This document shows positions 1 through 8,492 of a stretch of 48,431 nt of DNA, piece by piece. A program made the position numbers and the translations under genes. The stretch is from Candidatus Woesearchaeota archaeon (GTDB lineage Archaea > Nanobdellota > Nanobdellia > Woesearchaeales > J110). The notes beneath the pieces are model-generated. The model was not told the DNA's origin. It made no database searches and was given only the letters and a program-made list of their open reading frames with translations. The stretch lies in the NCBI GenBank assembly GCA_003694805.1, contig RFJU01000038.1, forward strand, positions 1 through 48,431, given 5' to 3'. Positions within the stretch are counted from its first letter, which is position 1; every line of letters starts with the position of its first letter.

Positions 1-765
1 CGCGTATACGACCCAAGCGACGGAGCGCCGACCTCTTCGCTCGTGTACCACGCACTCGGCAACAAAGACGATCTCTGGATCGCCGCGGCAGGCACCGTCA
101 GCGACTGGCACCTAGGCCCTGTTGCTGACCTGTTCGCCAAAACCTACCCTGACCTCCTCAACACGAAAAGCAAAAACGTTGCACGCGTCATTTACACCAC
201 CCCCCTCGGAAAACTCATCCGCATCATCACCTTCTCCATTAAAGGAAGAGTTTCTGACATGATGACCTCCGTTAAAATTCTCACACGCATAGCCACCCCT
301 TACGAACTCCTCGAGCAAGAAACGCCCAGGGCGCGCTTCCTCCTGCACAAGTACGAACGCATCAACAAAGAATACCAGTCCCTCCTCCAAACAGCACTCG
401 AGACACGGGCAAAGCACAACCTCTTCACCTTCACCTACAAGGAAAAAAACACGTCCTTCACCGCAGACTTGAGCAATGAACTGCTCTTTCGAAAAAAAGG
501 AAACGTCATTCTCGTAGCAAGAGAAGCAGGCGACCTCTTTATCTTCTCCCTGCGCGTCCCTTACACCTTGCACGAGAAGGAAGGAATCAACGCGCAAGAA
601 CTGTTGCACGCGGCAATGAAGGGGCTGGACGGGAGCGGCGGTGGGCATCCTACCGCGTGCGGAGGGAGCATTCGAGCTGCATCATTCGACCAATTCACGA
701 CAAACCTGAGAAGCATCCTTGCTAAACAATGCAAGAAAACGACAGGAACAGAACAGAACAGCTAA
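1..765 (+). CDS. DHH/DHHA1-family phosphoesterase (RecJ-like), C-terminal part; 5' end outside window
   Basis: Frame 1 is open from nt 1 with no stop before the listed start at 43. The C-terminal 'GLDGSGGGHPTACGGS' matches the DHHA1 GGGH motif. Confidence 0.7.
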   Translation, partial: RVYDPSDGAPTSSLVYHALGNKDDLWIAAAGTVSDWHLGPVADLFAKTYPDLLNTKSKNVARVIYTTPLGKLIRIITFSIKGRVSDMMTSVKILTRIATPYELLEQETPRARFLLHKYERINKEYQSLLQTALETRAKHNLFTFTYKEKNTSFTADLSNELLFRKKGNVILVAREAGDLFIFSLRVPYTLHEKEGINAQELLHAAMKGLDGSGGGHPTACGGSIRAASFDQFTTNLRSILAKQCKKTTGTEQNS

Positions 766-774
766 GCCGCCTCG

Positions 775-1323
775 TCATCCTCCAAGCAACCGCTCCTCAA
801 GCGTGTCCAACTGAACTGCGTACTTGCTAAGCAACTTCGAAAAATGCGAAGAGTACGCACGGGTCCGTCCGGAGCGCCCCGCGCCCGCCTTCGAACTGGC
901 AGGAAGCTCGGCAAGGTGCAAATACCCCCTCGCGCGATTCATAAACAACCTTGCGCGCTCCTCCTCGCGCTTCTCGCCTTGAGCGGCAACGGCGCCGCGG
1001 CTCCTCAGACATTCCACATACGTCAACACAGCGTAAGCCCTGCTCATGAAGAAGTACAATTGAGATGATGGATGAACAACGTCGCCGCACAGCTCCTCTG
1101 AACGCTCACCGAGCAAGATGACTTCCCAAGCAAGCTCTTCTGTCTTTTGAGTGAATTTTTTTTCGAGGAGTTCACGGTTGAGCGCCTTCGCATAGCAAAA
1201 CGCGGCTCTGGCGTAGTGGTTTGAGCGCTCTGCCTCGTTTTCTTCTTGACGGGCCAGATTGACAAAGAGCTTTCCTGCTTCCTCACCACCCATTTCTTCG
1301 CAAAGCCGAGCAAGTGAAGCCAT
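775..1323 (-). CDS. hypothetical protein (182 aa), helical, no recognised domain
   Basis: Longest ORF, T-poor coding strand like the other genes. A GGAGG sits about 12 nt upstream of the ATG at 1323. Convergent with the DHH gene. Confidence 0.55.
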   Translation of the reverse strand: MASLARLCEEMGGEEAGKLFVNLARQEENEAERSNHYARAAFCYAKALNRELLEKKFTQKTEELAWEVILLGERSEELCGDVVHPSSQLYFFMSRAYAVLTYVECLRSRGAVAAQGEKREEERARLFMNRARGYLHLAELPASSKAGAGRSGRTRAYSSHFSKLLSKYAVQLDTLEERLLGG

Positions 1324-1512
1324 ACCTGTTCTTTCCTCCTACTGTTCTTCTTTTCTCTCCAAAGGCGTGTCGTTTTGAAGTGTTTTTGGCACGCTCTTTC
1401 CCTTTTTAATTCTGCGCTTTTTGGGCGTTTTCCCATCCGTTTTTCATGAGGCAACGAAGCCCCACCCCCAAATCTTTTTTGTTACTACTAAAAAATAATC
1501 AAAACCGAAAGA

Positions 1513-1520
1513 TTTATATA
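1513..1520 (+). promoter_or_regulatory. TATA box (TTTATATA) with no start codon within 150 nt
   Basis: Sequence 'gatttatatactag'. The next ATG-initiated plausible ORF is at 1696, so this box may drive a small RNA or a long leader. Confidence 0.45.
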
Positions 1521-1544
1521 CTAGTGCCACTATACAGTAGCTAC

Positions 1545-1645
1545 GTTGCGGGGTTTTGATCCCTCAATGTGCACGCGTGCGTGAAGAGCACGATTCTACC
1601 ACCTCACCACCCCTCTTCGTCTCTTCACGCGTGCAACCTTTTTCA
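1545..1645 (+). ncRNA. candidate ~100-nt structured RNA or 5' leader (family unknown)
   Basis: Starts ~25 nt downstream of the TATA at 1513-1520. Imperfect 15-bp stem: TGCACGCG(tgcg)TGAAGAG at 1570-1588 pairs with CTCTTCACGCGTGCA at 1621-1635. A T5 run follows at 1639-1643. Confidence 0.3.
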
Positions 1646-1695
1646 ACAAACAAAAAACGATAAACAAAAAAAACACTTGCTCCAAACCAACGAAC

Positions 1696-2100
1696 ATGCA
1701 TTACAACAACACAACCAACCCGACCAACCCCTCTTATTCTCCGCTCTACGATTCTCCGGTCTACGCACTCATCATCGATGACAGATCAAGAGAACCTATT
1801 GTTCACATCAGAGAAGGTATCAAAAACGCTTGGGAAGACTTGCAGCAGGCAAAAAAGTTAGGCTATCAAGCACTTGTGGTTGTTGAAGCGCGCACTGCTG
1901 ACGACATCAAAAAAGTCGCCGATTTGGCATCTCGTGTCGTCGAAAAATACAGAGCAATGGCTTCTTCTCACGATCAACCAGGCAATCAAGCAGACAAACA
2001 ACAACCCTCTTCAGGCCAAGCACTCCGCTTCCCCATTCGATGCAACGCATCCCAACTCGAAAAGCTGCTCAGCACCCACAACAAAAAAGGAAGAACGTAA
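1696..2100 (+). CDS. hypothetical protein (134 aa)
   Basis: ORF with gene-like A/C-rich composition; no recognisable motif. Confidence 0.45.
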   Translation: MHYNNTTNPTNPSYSPLYDSPVYALIIDDRSREPIVHIREGIKNAWEDLQQAKKLGYQALVVVEARTADDIKKVADLASRVVEKYRAMASSHDQPGNQADKQQPSSGQALRFPIRCNASQLEKLLSTHNKKGRT

Positions 2101-2176
2101 CAAAACACCTTCTTATCAACACACCACCCCTTACTTCATCAACAGATTCTTACCAATATATCAACAAAACACATTC

Positions 2177-2184
2177 TTTAAAAA
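2177..2184 (+). promoter_or_regulatory. TATA box (TTTAAAAA) for the leaderless 2209 gene
   Basis: Centred ~28 nt upstream of the ATG at 2209. Confidence 0.55.
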
Positions 2185-2208
2185 TTCCAAAACATTCTCC
2201 TCCACGCT

Positions 2209-2607
2209 ATGGAGCATCACCACCAAAAAAACACTACAGGAGCACACAAGCAAAAAAAGAACAAGGAAACCCGCAAAGAACAACATAAAGAAGCAACACG
2301 ACAAGCGAAAGACAACAACAAACGCACACTCACCATCATTCAATTCCTCTTTGAAGTCATCGTCGCAGGAGGATTCCTCCTCGGCCTCATCCCCTTCGCC
2401 TACCTCTTTTCCGTATGGTTCGTCATTCCACTCACCATCACCAACCTCATTCTTTCCATCATTACGAAAAACGACACGTTCAATTACACACTTCCCAACG
2501 TCTTCCTTGCCTTCTTCAGCCTCATGCCCATCCTTGGCATCGCGGCACGCATAGCCGGAGTCATCTTCGCCGCGCTCTCAGCAGCCACCCTCTCCAAACA
2601 ATTCTAA
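2209..2607 (+). CDS. small membrane protein (132 aa), basic N-terminus plus ~3 hydrophobic helices
   Basis: Hydrophobic segments 'IIQFLFEVIVAGGFLLGLIPFAYLF', 'VFLAFFSLMPILGIAARIAGVIFAAL'. TATA at the right distance. Confidence 0.6.
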   Translation: MEHHHQKNTTGAHKQKKNKETRKEQHKEATRQAKDNNKRTLTIIQFLFEVIVAGGFLLGLIPFAYLFSVWFVIPLTITNLILSIITKNDTFNYTLPNVFLAFFSLMPILGIAARIAGVIFAALSAATLSKQF

Positions 2608-2643
2608 GAGGCCTTAAGCAACAACACCAAAAAACATCAAACC

Positions 2644-2651
2644 AAAAAAAA
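2644..2651 (-). terminator. oligo-T (T8 on minus strand) terminator after SRP54
   Basis: A8 on the plus strand, 11-18 nt downstream of the SRP54 stop (2662-2664). Confidence 0.5.
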
Positions 2652-2661
2652 CATTCAACAC

Positions 2662-4011
2662 TTAAAACTTCGCAACCCCGCCCTTCTGAAGCTTTTGCAT
2701 CAACTTCCGCACATCCTTCTCCGACCCGCCGCCGCCAAGCATCTTCACCAACTTCTTCGACTGCCGATACTGCTTGAGCAAGGAGCGAACCTCGGAAGGA
2801 TCCACGCCTGCACCTCTCGCAACACGCCCAATCCTTGACGCGTTCAACTCCTCGGGCCGCTCAAGCTCCTCCCTCGTCATCGAATCCATAGCATAACGCC
2901 ACAGCTTCAGCTTCTCCTCCTGCACCTTCAACGACTCCTTCGGAAGCGGCAACGAACTCATCCCCGGAACGAGCTCCAGCACCCTCGAGAGAGGGCCCAT
3001 CTTGCGCACCGCCTCCATCTGCTGATACAAGTCCAGCAAATTAAAATCTCCCTTGAGAAACTTCCTCCCCAAGTCCTGCGCCTCTTCTTCAGAAATCGCT
3101 TCCCGAGCTTTCTCCAAGAGGCCCTCCAAGTCACCCATGCCAAGCAAGCGCCCCACAAAACGCTTCGGATCAAAAATCTCAAACTCGTCAAGCTTCTCCC
3201 CCACCCCGATGAACTTCACCGGCGCGCCCGTCACGGAGCACGCAATGAGCGCACCGCCCCCCTTCGCAGTGCCATCAAGCTTCGTAATAACGACGCCCGT
3301 CACGTGGCACGTCTCGTGAAACGCCTCTGCTTGGCGTTGCGCCGCCTGACCAACATCCCCCGCCATGACCAACAACGTCTCATCAGGACGCACCACCTTG
3401 GAGAGCCTATCAAGCTCCTCAATTAAATCCTCAGAAAGCGCATCCCTCCCCGCCGTATCCACAATAACCACATCAGCACCCTTCGTATCAGCGGCTTCAA
3501 CAATCTTAACCGGATCCTTCGCTCCCTTGACTCCAAAAACAGGGACACCAATACGCTTCCCCAACTGCTCAAGCTGATCAAGCGCGGCCGGCCTCCACGT
3601 GTCCGTCTGAATCAACACCACCTTCAAACCCCGCTTCTTGTAAAAATGCGCAAGCTTGCCTGCCGTCGTCGTCTTCCCATTGCCAAAAAGCCCGACCAGC
3701 ATAATAGTAAACGGCTTTTTTTGGGGGATCACACGTGGCGCCTCCCCACCAAGGAAGGACACCAACTCCTCATACACAATATTAATCAAGAACTCTTGTT
3801 TTGTCAACCCCTTCGGGCAGTCTTCCTTGAGGGCGCGCTCCTTTATCCTCCTCGTCACCTCAAACACGAGCTGGACATTCGCATCCGATTGGAGCAACGC
3901 CCGCTGAATATCCTTCACAAGCTCATTCACGAGCTTTTCATCAACGAAGAGCGACTTCGTAACCTTCTTGATCGTTGAGCGCAGCGACTCCCCAAGCTTG
4001 TCTAGCACCAT
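2662..4011 (-). CDS. srp54: signal recognition particle protein SRP54 (archaeal type)
   Basis: N-terminus 'MVLDKLGESLRSTIKKV', GTPase motifs 'GLFGNGKTTTAGKLA', 'DTAGR', 'TKLDG', and a Met-rich M domain. Start moved to the ATG at 4011 because a TATA box (4039-4046) lies inside the longer ORF. Confidence 0.95.
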   Translation of the reverse strand: MVLDKLGESLRSTIKKVTKSLFVDEKLVNELVKDIQRALLQSDANVQLVFEVTRRIKERALKEDCPKGLTKQEFLINIVYEELVSFLGGEAPRVIPQKKPFTIMLVGLFGNGKTTTAGKLAHFYKKRGLKVVLIQTDTWRPAALDQLEQLGKRIGVPVFGVKGAKDPVKIVEAADTKGADVVIVDTAGRDALSEDLIEELDRLSKVVRPDETLLVMAGDVGQAAQRQAEAFHETCHVTGVVITKLDGTAKGGGALIACSVTGAPVKFIGVGEKLDEFEIFDPKRFVGRLLGMGDLEGLLEKAREAISEEEAQDLGRKFLKGDFNLLDLYQQMEAVRKMGPLSRVLELVPGMSSLPLPKESLKVQEEKLKLWRYAMDSMTREELERPEELNASRIGRVARGAGVDPSEVRSLLKQYRQSKKLVKMLGGGGSEKDVRKLMQKLQKGGVAKF

Positions 4012-4038
4012 ACCAACCGCGAGGCAAGTCACCCACCA

Positions 4039-4046
4039 TTTATAAA
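4039..4046 (-). promoter_or_regulatory. TATA box (TTTATAAA) for SRP54
   Basis: Centred ~31 nt upstream of the ATG at 4011. Confidence 0.6.
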
Positions 4047-4263
4047 TATTCACTGAAACCCGCCACGAACAGCCCCCCCTTCAACAAAAAAAATTCCTCT
4101 TTCGTTCCTGCGGTTCGCCTCAACCAAATAGCACAGTATTTAAAAAAAACAAGAACACCCTCTTCAGAGGAAGACGCATAGACGCTAAGAGAACAAGCGC
4201 GTACTTAAAAAAAAAACAAAAACTACCAAACAAAACAAAACACGACAACTGAGACGAAGAGCA

Positions 4264-4776
4264 ATGGCAAAAATTTACCTCTTCAACCCCCACAGGCAAC
4301 CACGCAGCCCCCACGCCATCGAAGGAAACGGCGAAATCCTCCCGTTCGACTCCACACGAAAAAGCGACAGGAGCGAACGCCTCCACTACCGCCTCCTGCT
4401 CCACGAACTAAAATCAACCACGCCCGAACAGGAGATGCCGTACCACTCCCGCAACCGCATACAAAACTTCTTCTTCGGCAAACACGCCTCCGCCCCGCCA
4501 GCAGTACCACTTAATCCTGAAGAACTGCTCGCCATAAGCATTGGAGGCGGTGCCGCGACGTACCTGCTCAGCGGCAGCATTCCAGCAGCGCTTCTCGTAG
4601 GCGCGGCGCCCTACCTCGCCAACACAGCAAAGAACGCCTGGCGCGCCTTCTTTAAGAAAGAACAACAACCAGAAAAACCAAGCGAAGACGCAGAGGAGCG
4701 GCAACTCGCCGCCCGCAACCCGCAGCCTTCCCTTCTTGAACGCATTCTCTTCGGAGACGAGGAAGATACGTGGTGA
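4264..4776 (+). CDS. hypothetical protein (170 aa), one hydrophobic segment, acidic C-terminus
   Basis: Plus-strand composition is gene-like (T-poor). The overlapping minus-strand ORFs look like artefacts. No motif recognised. Confidence 0.45.
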   Translation: MAKIYLFNPHRQPRSPHAIEGNGEILPFDSTRKSDRSERLHYRLLLHELKSTTPEQEMPYHSRNRIQNFFFGKHASAPPAVPLNPEELLAISIGGGAATYLLSGSIPAALLVGAAPYLANTAKNAWRAFFKKEQQPEKPSEDAEERQLAARNPQPSLLERILFGDEEDTW

Positions 4777-4871
4777 ACACGTTCCACCCGCGAAGCACGG
4801 TGCGGAAAGCCAAGACGAGACTATAAAAAAACCAGGAAGAACTGCATTGCACAACACGTGTTGAAAAGAAG

Positions 4872-4944
4872 CGCCTCCGCCCGGATTCGAACCGGGGACC
4901 TTTCGGTTAACAGCCGAATGCTCTAGCCGCTAAGCTACGGAGGC
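4872..4944 (-). tRNA. tRNA-Asn (anticodon GTT)
   Basis: Manual cloverleaf: GCCTCCG/TA/GCTT-AGCGGCTA-GAGC/A/TTCGG-CTGTTAA-CCGAA/AGGTC/CCCGG-TTCGAAT-CCGGG/CGGAGGC/G. No encoded CCA. Confidence 0.9.
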
Positions 4945-4972
4945 TGACACGAACGCAAGAGCACGCACCCCA

Positions 4973-4980
4973 TTTAAAAG
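4973..4980 (-). promoter_or_regulatory. TATA box (CTTTTAAA on minus) for tRNA-Asn
   Basis: Centred ~32 nt upstream of the tRNA 5' end at 4944. Confidence 0.55.
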
Positions 4981-5150
4981 CTTTGCTCTCAACAACCACC
5001 CTCGTCAAGGCATTCGTTCACTCCAGCAATTTTCCTTCCAAAAAAAAAACACAAAAAAACACGACGAGGTTACGTCTCATTCAAACAACCCGCCAATGAC
5101 CCTCGCGTCCTCTTCACAAAACATCAACTCAGCCTTCGCGCTTTTCCCCA

Positions 5151-7064
5151 TCACGAAGGACGCAGGTACGCACCCATGTACTTTATGAGGTAATACAAGC
5201 GAGTAATATCATAGTACACAAGCTCGCGCTGCGCCTCCGTCAAAGGATGATACAAATTCAAAATAGTAAGGTAGTGCCGCTTTGCTGGACCAATCCTTCC
5301 GAACTGCAAGGCAACGTACGTATTCACCAGCTCATACCGGATACGCTCAACCGCACTCGCACCCGCCGGGGCCTCCAACTCCTGCACTTCACGGCGCACC
5401 TCATCAAGCGTGTACTCCGCCGTTGAAACAATCAACGTCCTAAACTCTTCCAAGACGCACTTCAACACAAGCGGCAAATTCCCTGAACGCTTCTCAAGAC
5501 CGGCAACCCTTCGCTCAAACAAGACAAGAAACTGCTTCAACGACTCTGGCACCGACGCCTTCTTCACCGCCTCCAAGAAATCTTCACGGGTAAAATCCTC
5601 CTCCAAATCCAGCGCGAAAAAGAGGTACTTCCTCGCCGCTTCAAACAAGCGTCCAGCATTATGGCTGAGCTGATCGATTTCACGCTCCAGCGCCCGTACC
5701 GCCTTCAACAATTGTTCCTTCTCCTCCTTGGACAGCAAGAACACCTTCGACCGCCTCCCCGAAACCCACCATCCAAGCAAAGCCAGCCATTGGCGAATCT
5801 TCCTGCGAAACAAAACATAGAACACCAGCAGAAACAAAAGAAGAACGAACAACACAAAGAGAGCAGTGGTGAAAAAACCCTCTGTTGGCTGTACCGGCTG
5901 AGGAAACTCAAGAAGAAGGCAGGGCGCACAAGGACCGCCACAATCCACGCCGATCTCCCCGCCATTCTGAACGCCATCATCACAGGTCGGCACGTATTCG
6001 CAAACACGCTCCGTGAACGGCTTGAGCACCTCAGAACCGCAAGCGTTCTTGTCATCGCACGACCTGAACTGCTTGTTCTCTGGCGTGCACGGGCCCCAAT
6101 CAGTGCAGGACCAGTCTTCTTCACACTCGCCCGCACCATACACACACGCCCCTTTCAAGTAGCGCTCCACCTCGCACTCGTTCATGTCAATGCAGCGGCG
6201 CCACCTCGTCCCGTTCGGGAGGCAGGGAAGCCAATCGAGACAGTTCCATTCAGGATTGCACAAAGCACCTCCGCCACCTCCGCCGCCACCTCCACCACTA
6301 CTACCACTACTGCCACCAGACGAGGCCTGCTGGGTGCACACAACCTGAACAGAAACCACGTTACTGTCTGCACTTAAGTTATACGGGTCCCACGCGGTGA
6401 ACACGACAGGGTACACCTTTGCATCGCCCGTGCACGCGGGATGGGAGTAGCGAACCTCTGAAGAATTAAAAATAGTGACAGAAAGGTCCGGACTGTACGC
6501 CACGGTATACGTGAGCGGATCGCCATCGTAGTCTGCAAAGTAATCATCCAAGAAATACGCTGACAGCGACGTCCCCCCATCAAGCGTCACGTTGGGCACC
6601 GGCACTGCAAGGTAAGGAGGATCATTGATGTTCGACACATTAAAGCGGTACGTGTCGTTCACCACGCTGTTCGAGCAACCAGCGCCGTCGTCGCCAAAAA
6701 TAATTGCCGTGTGATTCCCCACATGCGTCGCGTTCAGCGTCACATTAATAACACCCGACGAAGAAATGGTAAACACTGTCACGTTCGTGACGAACGAAGA
6801 CGTGAACGTCAACGTCGCATTCTCAGGGTCGGACCCGTTCACAACACAAAAAAGAAAATCTCCCTGATCAAACGTCGTATTGCACGGGATCGTTATTGAA
6901 GGAGGATAATTAATACATAAGCGCGCCTCTCCTTGCGCTTCGACCGCCTTCCCAGCCACGTGCACGTGCGTGAAAAAAATAAGGAGCGCTGACTGGAGGA
7001 CAATCATCACGCAGAAGAGCACGACCAAACCATTCACGAATCTCTGTGACTCATCCTTTTGCAT
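5151..7064 (-). CDS. type I-like membrane surface protein (637 aa) with cadherin-like Ig domains, Gly10 linker, Trp/Cys-rich repeats, TM helix and a helical cytoplasmic tail
   Basis: 'FLDDYFADYDGDPLTYTV' cadherin-like motif; G10 at aa 273-282; repeats 'EWNCLDWLPC..RWRRCIDMNEC' and 'DWSCTDWGPC..QFRSCDDKNAC'; TM 'FFTTALFVLFVLLLFLLVFYVLF'. Start set to the ATG at 7064 because a TATA box (7089-7098) lies inside the longer ORF. Confidence 0.8.
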   Translation of the reverse strand: MQKDESQRFVNGLVVLFCVMIVLQSALLIFFTHVHVAGKAVEAQGEARLCINYPPSITIPCNTTFDQGDFLFCVVNGSDPENATLTFTSSFVTNVTVFTISSSGVINVTLNATHVGNHTAIIFGDDGAGCSNSVVNDTYRFNVSNINDPPYLAVPVPNVTLDGGTSLSAYFLDDYFADYDGDPLTYTVAYSPDLSVTIFNSSEVRYSHPACTGDAKVYPVVFTAWDPYNLSADSNVVSVQVVCTQQASSGGSSGSSGGGGGGGGGGALCNPEWNCLDWLPCLPNGTRWRRCIDMNECEVERYLKGACVYGAGECEEDWSCTDWGPCTPENKQFRSCDDKNACGSEVLKPFTERVCEYVPTCDDGVQNGGEIGVDCGGPCAPCLLLEFPQPVQPTEGFFTTALFVLFVLLLFLLVFYVLFRRKIRQWLALLGWWVSGRRSKVFLLSKEEKEQLLKAVRALEREIDQLSHNAGRLFEAARKYLFFALDLEEDFTREDFLEAVKKASVPESLKQFLVLFERRVAGLEKRSGNLPLVLKCVLEEFRTLIVSTAEYTLDEVRREVQELEAPAGASAVERIRYELVNTYVALQFGRIGPAKRHYLTILNLYHPLTEAQRELVYYDITRLYYLIKYMGAYLRPS

Positions 7065-7088
7065 CCTGCCTATTCCCCGCCCCTGAAC

Positions 7089-7098
7089 ATATTTAAAT
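7089..7098 (-). promoter_or_regulatory. TATA box (ATTTAAATAT) for the 637-aa protein gene
   Basis: Centred ~30 nt upstream of the ATG at 7064. Confidence 0.55.
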
Positions 7099-7133
7099 CT
7101 ACCTCCTTTCACCCCTCTTCAGAGAAGCCACTC

Positions 7134-7141
7134 AAAAAAAA
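7134..7141 (-). terminator. oligo-T (T8 on minus) terminator after the 431-aa gene
   Basis: A8 on the plus strand, 18-25 nt downstream of the stop at 7159-7161. Confidence 0.5.
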
Positions 7142-7158
7142 CACCTCTTGCCCAAGCG

Positions 7159-8454
7159 TCATCCTGACTTTTTCTTGCGAAAGAAAAGCACGTACACATT
7201 AAGCAAGACAAGCAGGAACAGCACAAGGTACGCGACGCCTAAAGGGGATGCCAGTACTCCGAACACGCCGCCCGCGCGCTCTTCCTTTGGCGGCTCGACG
7301 ACAGAGAACAACACATCCGACGTTGAGGTCTTATTCGCGTAGAAGAGCATGATCGTCGCGGGGTACTCGCCTACTTCAAGCCCGCGCGTATTCCAATACG
7401 TCGTGAGCACTCCGCGAGAAAAACCTTGCAGCGTTATCAATGGCGTCCTTATCACCTCGCCAGCAACGCGCACTTCTGCAAACACATCCCCAATATTCCC
7501 CTTCCAGTCACTCTCAACAATGATATCGAGCTGGTTAATCACTCCTTTCCGAAACACGCGCGTGTAGTTCACAACACGAACGTCGAGCTCGCCAACGCGA
7601 AACGACGCAGAAAGGGGCAGCGACAGCCCATCATAGAAGAGCAGGGCGGACGCGTGATAAGACCCTTTCTTCAGGTCTTTCGTCGGAATCGTAGCGGTTA
7701 GCGTTGTGCTCTTCGTTGCCGGAAGCGAAACACGGTCCGTCTCGAACGACCCTACCGCTTCCCCCTCAGGACCTGTCACGTTAATAATAGCAAAGAGGCG
7801 GACAATATGACTCAGCGTCCAGCTCTCCACCTGCACCCGCGCCTCGGCGGGCTCGCCCTGATTCACGCTGGAAACCTGCAAACTCGCCTTCACCGCTTTC
7901 TCAGGACCGAGGACGCGCGTAATAAACCCTGTTCTCACCGTGGCAAGAGCCGCAATCTGCACTGTCTGCTCGGGAGGAAGCTCCGCGGCGGCGATGAACG
8001 TCTTATACTGTCCCGGCTCCAAGCCGGGAGGATGAGTAATGTGCACGGTCACCTTGCGCGGACCACCATCAGGGGACGGGTCGTCAATCACGACGTTCTC
8101 ACTCAACGCACCCTGGGCATACACGCTTATCCTCGGCGCATCCTCCACGGCGAGCTCGAAGGTAAACGTCTTGCCCGGCTCGTAGAGGAGCGTTCGCTGT
8201 TCTAAGGGCAAGCTCGTAATCTTCACCGCCGCTGCGGGTGCCGCCGCGCCCGCGACGAAGAACAACACGAGCAGCGCGGCCACTGCAAACAAAGGAAACC
8301 CGCGGCGAGAAAAACGCGAAAGGAGAAAACGCAGACACGCCAGCGAGGACACCAACCAGGACACCAACCAGGAAACACCGTGAAGGAGATAAAACAACCG
8401 ACAAAAAGGAACGAATTCAGGGTCCTTGAAGTAATTGGCGTGCATGAGCCGCAT
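7159..8454 (-). CDS. Ig/CARDB-like repeat membrane protein (431 aa), paralogue of the 450-aa protein; C-terminal TM plus basic tail
   Basis: Shares 'ESDWKGNIGDV..EVRV' and 'YWNTRGLEVGEYPATIMLFY' with 9685-11037. C-terminal 'AYLVLFLLVLLNVYVLFFRKKKSG'. Start set to the ATG at 8454, preceded by GTGAGGAGGAG; the TTG at 8484 is an alternative. Confidence 0.75.
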   Translation of the reverse strand: MRLMHANYFKDPEFVPFCRLFYLLHGVSWLVSWLVSSLACLRFLLSRFSRRGFPLFAVAALLVLFFVAGAAAPAAAVKITSLPLEQRTLLYEPGKTFTFELAVEDAPRISVYAQGALSENVVIDDPSPDGGPRKVTVHITHPPGLEPGQYKTFIAAAELPPEQTVQIAALATVRTGFITRVLGPEKAVKASLQVSSVNQGEPAEARVQVESWTLSHIVRLFAIINVTGPEGEAVGSFETDRVSLPATKSTTLTATIPTKDLKKGSYHASALLFYDGLSLPLSASFRVGELDVRVVNYTRVFRKGVINQLDIIVESDWKGNIGDVFAEVRVAGEVIRTPLITLQGFSRGVLTTYWNTRGLEVGEYPATIMLFYANKTSTSDVLFSVVEPPKEERAGGVFGVLASPLGVAYLVLFLLVLLNVYVLFFRKKKSG

Positions 8455-8492
8455 TCTCCTCCTCACACGTGCCCCTTTCACCAAGCCCTGCT

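Noticed and set aside
1324-1700. The switch from a T-rich to an A-rich plus-strand spacer around an AT-rich core as a possible replication origin.
   Set aside because: There are no ORB-like repeated elements and no adjacent orc1/cdc6 gene. The pattern is equally explained by two divergent promoters with A-rich sense leaders.
7159-7260. PGF-CTERM / archaeosortase-type sorting signals at the C-termini of the 431-, 450-, 444- and 1246-aa proteins.
   Set aside because: The C-terminal TM + K/R tails are present, but none has the PGF (or a similar conserved tripeptide) motif before the helix. They are treated as plain membrane anchors.
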